Positions 59,396-64,000 of a stretch of 64,000 bases of DNA are shown piece by piece. Under the pieces are notes generated by a model. It made no database searches, was not told the DNA's origin, and worked only from the letters and a program-made list of their open reading frames with translations. The DNA comes from Selaginella moellendorffii. Lineage: Eukaryota > Plantae > Lycopodiophyta. Numbering within the stretch: position 1 is the first letter of the stretch; every line of letters starts with the position of its first letter. Location of the stretch: positions 827,394 through 891,393 of the forward strand of contig NW_003314267.1 in the NCBI RefSeq assembly GCF_000143415.4, given 5' to 3'. The translations under genes and the position numbers were made by a program.

Positions 59396-59750
59396 CCGTC
59401 GCGCACGAGCATGCGTGTCACCATCTTGAGCTGCCATCTGGCAAGCTCATCCACCGCGTCAGCCCTAACTGTTACCACGTGGCCCCGAGCTCCACGTGCT
59501 ATTTTTTGGATAAGGGCGCCAGGATAAAGTAAGGGGGATATTCCCAGCGCTCTATTTTAACTGTGCTAGGTCGGAAAGGAAAATTCTTTGTTCCAGGCAG
59601 GGAATCTGGGCTGTGTAGGAGATTCTTTCCCGTAAATTATTGATTCTAGGGTTCTAGGGCGTAGCGAGCGACCGAGCGAGTGATCGAGGTACCGGAGGCG
59701 CGATCGATCGATCGATCGGTTCTTTGAGAGCGATTTAGGTCAGCACCGGA

Positions 59751-60414
59751 ATGCCAGAGGAGCTGAGGATCGCGCCGCCGGCGTGGAGCGCAGCTGACAT
59801 CAAGCTGTTTGAGTCGGCGCTATCGGTGTCCGCTCACAAATTTGGATCGGGGGAGCCGAATTGGGAGAAATTCCATCTACCGGGCAAGCAGGGCTGGGAG
59901 CTCAAGCAGCAGTATGATATGCTCGTCAAGGACGTGGCGGCGATCGAGGCCGGCCTTGTGGCGCCTCCGAATTACATCGAAGCTCCTCCGCAGGGCTCCC
60001 CGGATCGCAGCGGCAGCCCCGGCAGGAAAATCCCTGCTTCCATCGTACACAGGACGAGCGATCACCCCCCGCAAGAGCGAAGGAAAGGAATCCCGTGGAG
60101 CGAGGACGAGCACAAGTAAGTTGATTGGAGCTGCGGTTTCGATCGATCGATCATCGTGCTTACATTTTTCCACTTGTGTGATCTATAGGCTGTTCTTGAT
60201 CGGCCTGGAGAAGTATGGCAAGGGAGACTGGCGAAGTATCTCCAGGAAAGTAGTGATCACAAGAACACCCACGCAGGTGGCGAGCCACGCGCAAAAGTAT
60301 TTCAATCGCCTAGCGTCCAAGAACAAGGACAAGAGGAGGAACAGCATTCACGACATTACGTCCGTGTCGCCTCCGCCGTTGATTTCGCCCCACCACCGTC
60401 CGATGCACCACTGA
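59751..60414 (+). CDS. DIVARICATA-like R-R-type MYB transcription factor, 2 exons
   Basis: N-terminal SANT (WS..D.KLFESAL..W...LPGK..Y..L..DV..IEAG) plus [14 protein letters not shown]|[41 protein letters not shown]. Confidence 0.95.
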
Positions 60415-60539
60415 TTTTTTTTGTTTTTTTTCTTATTTTGTCCTGTAGACCTTGCGTCTATACTGTACATTGTATGAAGGAATTTTTGGAGTTTTCTCAA
60501 AACTGTATTATTCGCTTTTGTTCTTCTTTTGGCTGTTTA

Positions 60540-60544
<5 letters not shown>

Positions 60545-60577
<33 letters not shown>

Positions 60578-60660
60578 TTTTATATATATATATGTATATA
60601 TACATGTATGTATATATATATATATGTATGTATGTATGCATGTATGCATGTATATATATA
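60545..60660. repeat. (TA)n/(TATG)n microsatellite between convergent genes
   Basis: Directly visible. Confidence 0.95.
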
Positions 60661-60684
60661 AACTTTGCATTATTGTTTATAACT

Positions 60685-61733
60685 TTAGTAACCTTTAACG
60701 AGTGATACAAGCACAACACGGGGCGGTTCACCGGGCAACCGGCAATGCATCACCGACAAATTGTCAACAATTACAATGTCACCTTTTTGCCAGTCCACGA
60801 CGACTTGTTCCTCTTGCAGCACCGCAGCTATCTTGTCAAGTTCTTCCACCGGGATGGGCGATCCGTCTCCGAACGCAACTCCGCGAGTGACAGGCTCGTC
60901 TTTGACAAGGCAAATGCTGTTGAACCAAGCCATGGAGCCTTTGATCGGGTGCTTGATTGTCGCGGAGAAAGGCCCTCGATAAGCAACCGGCTCGTCATGA
61001 TCGGATCCATCGGCTTTCCATTCCAGTCGAGCTCCAATCGCTTCAGCTCTATCAAAAGAATCGAAAAGTTACACACTAGCTCCTTCTCGGTATACCTCTT
61101 TTGCGCAATGGCTTTGTCCGTGGTCTGGAACGCTTCCTCCCACTTTTTTGGAAGTCCGGTGCGGTAGCAAACTCGCTTCTCCTGCAAGAGATTGAAGATC
61201 TCGGGCATCTCTTTTGCGAGTCTCTGGTACGCGAGCTCGCCGTTGACGAGAGCTGTTCCTCCCCCTCTCGGCGATGGCTGCTCGCAAAAGAACATGACCA
61301 CGTCCGGATAGACAGAGAGCTGTTCATGGAGAAACTCGATCAAAATCAAGGATTTCTTACACTCAGATCTTTGAGGAGCCAAGTAACTTACATAGGCCAT
61401 CTCGTTGTGGAAGGAGATTCGCTTGTCCACGGGGTCTTCGTTGGCCGTGAACACGGGGCCCAGGATGTGCTTCCTTGCGCCCCCGCCGTGCTTGTAGTCC
61501 ATGCTGGTGTAGCCCAGCGCCTCCACGACGCTCGCAAAATCCTGGGCATTTGCCAGCTTCCATCCCCGGAGGAGAAGTGCGCCGTGCTCCACCACTTTTC
61601 CCCGGATCGAAGCCCTCTTTTGGCGAATCAGATGCAAGAGGCTGTGCAGGGAATCGTCGCTGCCATTGTCTGGGACGAGAAGCGCTGGGAATTCATTCAT
61701 TAGAGAGCCCTTGAGGAGTGGATCAAATTTCAT
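60685..61733 (-). CDS. Second TauD/clavaminate synthase-like dioxygenase, 3 exons
   Basis: HGALLLRGW, VFTANE, FHNEMAY, FFCEQP..GGGT, WFNS, FGDGSPIP, WQKGDI..VDNLSVMHCR..PPRVVLVSL; same intron positions as 21898-23059. Start at 61733 or ~61700. Confidence 0.9.
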
Positions 61734-61981
61734 TTGACCTTTATAGTCTACAGTTGACTTCAGATTGACTTGGACTTGGACAACGTGTAATTTTTCACAA
61801 AGAAAAGTCGAAGAGGTACTCCACATTTCGCGAAGCTTTTTTTTGGGGCCCAAAACATGTGGTCTACGTAAAATATTATGGAGGTTTAACGCACCACTTT
61901 TTAGGGAAGATTTCATAAAAGACAAAAGAAACAAAGACGTATTGAACAGTGAGTTATAATCAAGCACACCTCTTTTCTCTT

Positions 61982-63994
61982 TCACCTTTGACGCGAGCAT
62001 ATATAGTTTGACATCAACACATAGCTTCCAGAGCTTGTGTCCACCACTCCCAGTCCCTCCAATCTTTGCAGCGTTTCGAAACAAGTTTTTCCAATAGCAT
62101 CGTTCTTCCATTTGCAGCACGCATCCAGCAAACAAATCCACAAAGGTACAACGTTTTCTCTGTCCCCGAGCTCCAGCACCATAGCCAGTGCCTCCTCCAA
62201 CTTATTCGCCTGCCCAAGCAAATCCACCATCACTCCATAGTGTTTGAGACTTGGTTTCAATCCATACAGCGTCACCATCCTCTCAAAGTAGCTCTTTCCT
62301 TCCGTGACGAGACCAGCGTGATTGCAAGCGGAGAGAACACTCAAGAAAGTTATCTCGTTTGGTTCCAGCAGCTCCTGTTCTTCCAAACTCTTTAGTAAAT
62401 TAAATGCACTGGCGGCATCTCCCTGGCGACTGTATCCATCCAGCATCGAGTTCCAAGTGATCAAGTCCTTCTCCTCGTCCCCAACAAGGGAAAATCTTTC
62501 TTCTGCCTCAGCAATGCTTCCACATTTGCCGTAGAAATCGATGATTGAGTTCACCACCATCAAGTTCTTGTGAAGTCCAGCGTTTCGGACCTCGGCCTCG
62601 ATCTTCCTACCAGTTTCAAGAGCTCCATAGTTTCCACAGGCCTTGAGAACTGCCGTGAAAGTTGTGGCATCAGATGATACTCCGGAAGCTCGCATTCTCG
62701 AGTAGAGATCGAGAGCTTTCTCGGCATCACCACCCTCCGCATAGCCTCGGATGATCGAAGTCCATGCCACCACATTTGGATTGGAAATCTTTTCAAAAAC
62801 TTGGCAAGCCTTCGCCAGGCTTCCACACTTGACGTAAGTATCCACTAAGCTACTCGCTACAAAAACATGTTCTTCCAATCCATATCGCCTCGCATCCAAA
62901 TGAAACTCTCCAGCTTTCTCCAAACACATATTTTTATCCACGAGAGATTGGTTTACGTACAAGGCAGCACAGGCCTTTAGAGCAGCCAAGATAGTCACTG
63001 GATTTGGAGGAATTCCTTCTTCGTCGCGCATTCTATAGTAGAGCTTCAGAGCCATTTCTTCTTGTCCACACTCGGCATAACCCGTGATCATACAGTTCCA
63101 GGACACTAGATCTCGCTGTCTCATATTTTCAAACACTTTGCGAGAGTCTTCCATATCCCCACACTTTGCGTATGTTTCTACAAGCCGGCTAGCGACAAAA
63201 ACATTGCATTCCAGTCCATCCTTCCAAGCTTCACGATGGATTTCTCTCACTTTTGATTGTAGCTTGTCAGTTTCCATCTTATGGCATTCTTTGAGCTTGG
63301 AACTTAGCTCGTGATCTTTCTCATGTTCTTTGCTTAAACTCTCAGCTAGACTCACACAAGCCTTGAGCACGGCAAGGTAAGTGATAGCATCTGGTTTCCA
63401 TCCCTCGTTTCTCATCATCTCAAAGATCTTCAATCCCATTTTGCCCTCTTTACATTCACCATAGCCTGCTATAAGACAATTCCAAGAGACTGTGTCTTTG
63501 TCTACCATACAATCAAAAACTTGCTGGGCGCCCAGCATTTCCCCACACTTGGCATAAAAATCTAGCACACAATTCCCCATAACAATGTTAGATTCAATCC
63601 CACTCCTCACAACTCTTGCTAGAACAACTTGTTTGCCATGTTGAGCCTTTGCCACCTTATTATTAGCTCCTGCCAGTGCATGTAATACTGCTGCATATGT
63701 GATTGTGTCAGCTTGAATCCCCTTGTCAAGCATTCGAGAGAAAAACTCAATCGTTCTACCTGTGTCACCTTTCTGGGCGTACCCTGATATCATCCCTGTC
63801 CAAGACACCAAGTCGGGAGTCATTATTTTCTCAAACACACCATTAGCTTCTTCCATGCTTCCACACCTTGCATACATTTCCACCAGCGAGCTCGCTACAA
63901 AGGGATGATTTCCATGGCCATGTTTGAGAGCTTGAGAGTGGATCGATCGCCCCTTTCTCAAAACATCTCTAATCTTCTCTTGTTGATTTTCCAT
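61982..63994 (-). CDS. PLS-class pentatricopeptide repeat protein ending in a partial E domain, no DYW
   Basis: 670-aa ORF with repeated SLVEMYARCG..A..VFE / DLVSW..MI.GYA / D..TY..VL.AC triplets; ends HYGVMVDLLG..SYVLMSN. May extend beyond the window edge. Confidence 0.93.
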   Translation of the reverse strand: MENQQEKIRDVLRKGRSIHSQALKHGHGNHPFVASSLVEMYARCGSMEEANGVFEKIMTPDLVSWTGMISGYAQKGDTGRTIEFFSRMLDKGIQADTITYAAVLHALAGANNKVAKAQHGKQVVLARVVRSGIESNIVMGNCVLDFYAKCGEMLGAQQVFDCMVDKDTVSWNCLIAGYGECKEGKMGLKIFEMMRNEGWKPDAITYLAVLKACVSLAESLSKEHEKDHELSSKLKECHKMETDKLQSKVREIHREAWKDGLECNVFVASRLVETYAKCGDMEDSRKVFENMRQRDLVSWNCMITGYAECGQEEMALKLYYRMRDEEGIPPNPVTILAALKACAALYVNQSLVDKNMCLEKAGEFHLDARRYGLEEHVFVASSLVDTYVKCGSLAKACQVFEKISNPNVVAWTSIIRGYAEGGDAEKALDLYSRMRASGVSSDATTFTAVLKACGNYGALETGRKIEAEVRNAGLHKNLMVVNSIIDFYGKCGSIAEAEERFSLVGDEEKDLITWNSMLDGYSRQGDAASAFNLLKSLEEQELLEPNEITFLSVLSACNHAGLVTEGKSYFERMVTLYGLKPSLKHYGVMVDLLGQANKLEEALAMVLELGDRENVVPLWICLLDACCKWKNDAIGKTCFETLQRLEGLGVVDTSSGSYVLMSNYICSRQR

Positions 63995-64000
63995 TTGATC

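Noticed and set aside
51611-61733. Possible biosynthetic gene cluster (peroxidase, FAD monooxygenase, SDR, MYB, dioxygenase)
   Set aside because: No scaffold-forming enzyme; COQ6 and the Tic32-like SDR are conserved housekeeping types; density reflects a compact genome.
60828-62141. 437-aa ORF suggesting a PPR-dioxygenase fusion
   Set aside because: It reads through an alternative frame of the PPR 3' end, intergenic DNA and introns. The TauD C-terminus is in another frame and is reached by splicing.

Overview
Land-plant nuclear DNA with very short introns (about 50-70 nt) and GC-rich gene islands separated by AT-rich transposon debris. This style, together with a PLS-class PPR gene, suggests a lycophyte such as Selaginella (inference). 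Recognisable genes: GILT thiol reductase, L-type lectin receptor kinase, CNNM/DUF21-CBS protein, two TauD/clavaminate-synthase-like dioxygenases, HESO1-like nucleotidyltransferase, GT92 galactan synthase, phototropin, class III peroxidase, PP2-A10-like protein, COQ6, Tic32-like SDR, DIVARICATA-type MYB and a PPR. From 28.5 to 43 kb lies a nest of LTR retroelements (Ty3/Gypsy, Tat-like, Cassandra TRIMs). The most notable observations are: (1) 5S-rRNA-bearing Cassandra TRIMs with an antisense solo LTR of their own family inserted inside, forming a ~400-bp foldback; (2) an intronless Uma2-type PD-(D/E)xK nuclease gene and a second, tandemly duplicated orphan family with REase-like motifs; (3) a secreted, non-FT/TFL1-type PEBP; (4) a phototropin whose LOV1 signalling Gln is Leu; (5) a local duplication eroded reciprocally by many small deletions, with a shredded COM1/SAE2 pseudogene between the two copies. 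All calls are by eye and from remembered family motifs; no searches were run, and exon boundaries are manual.
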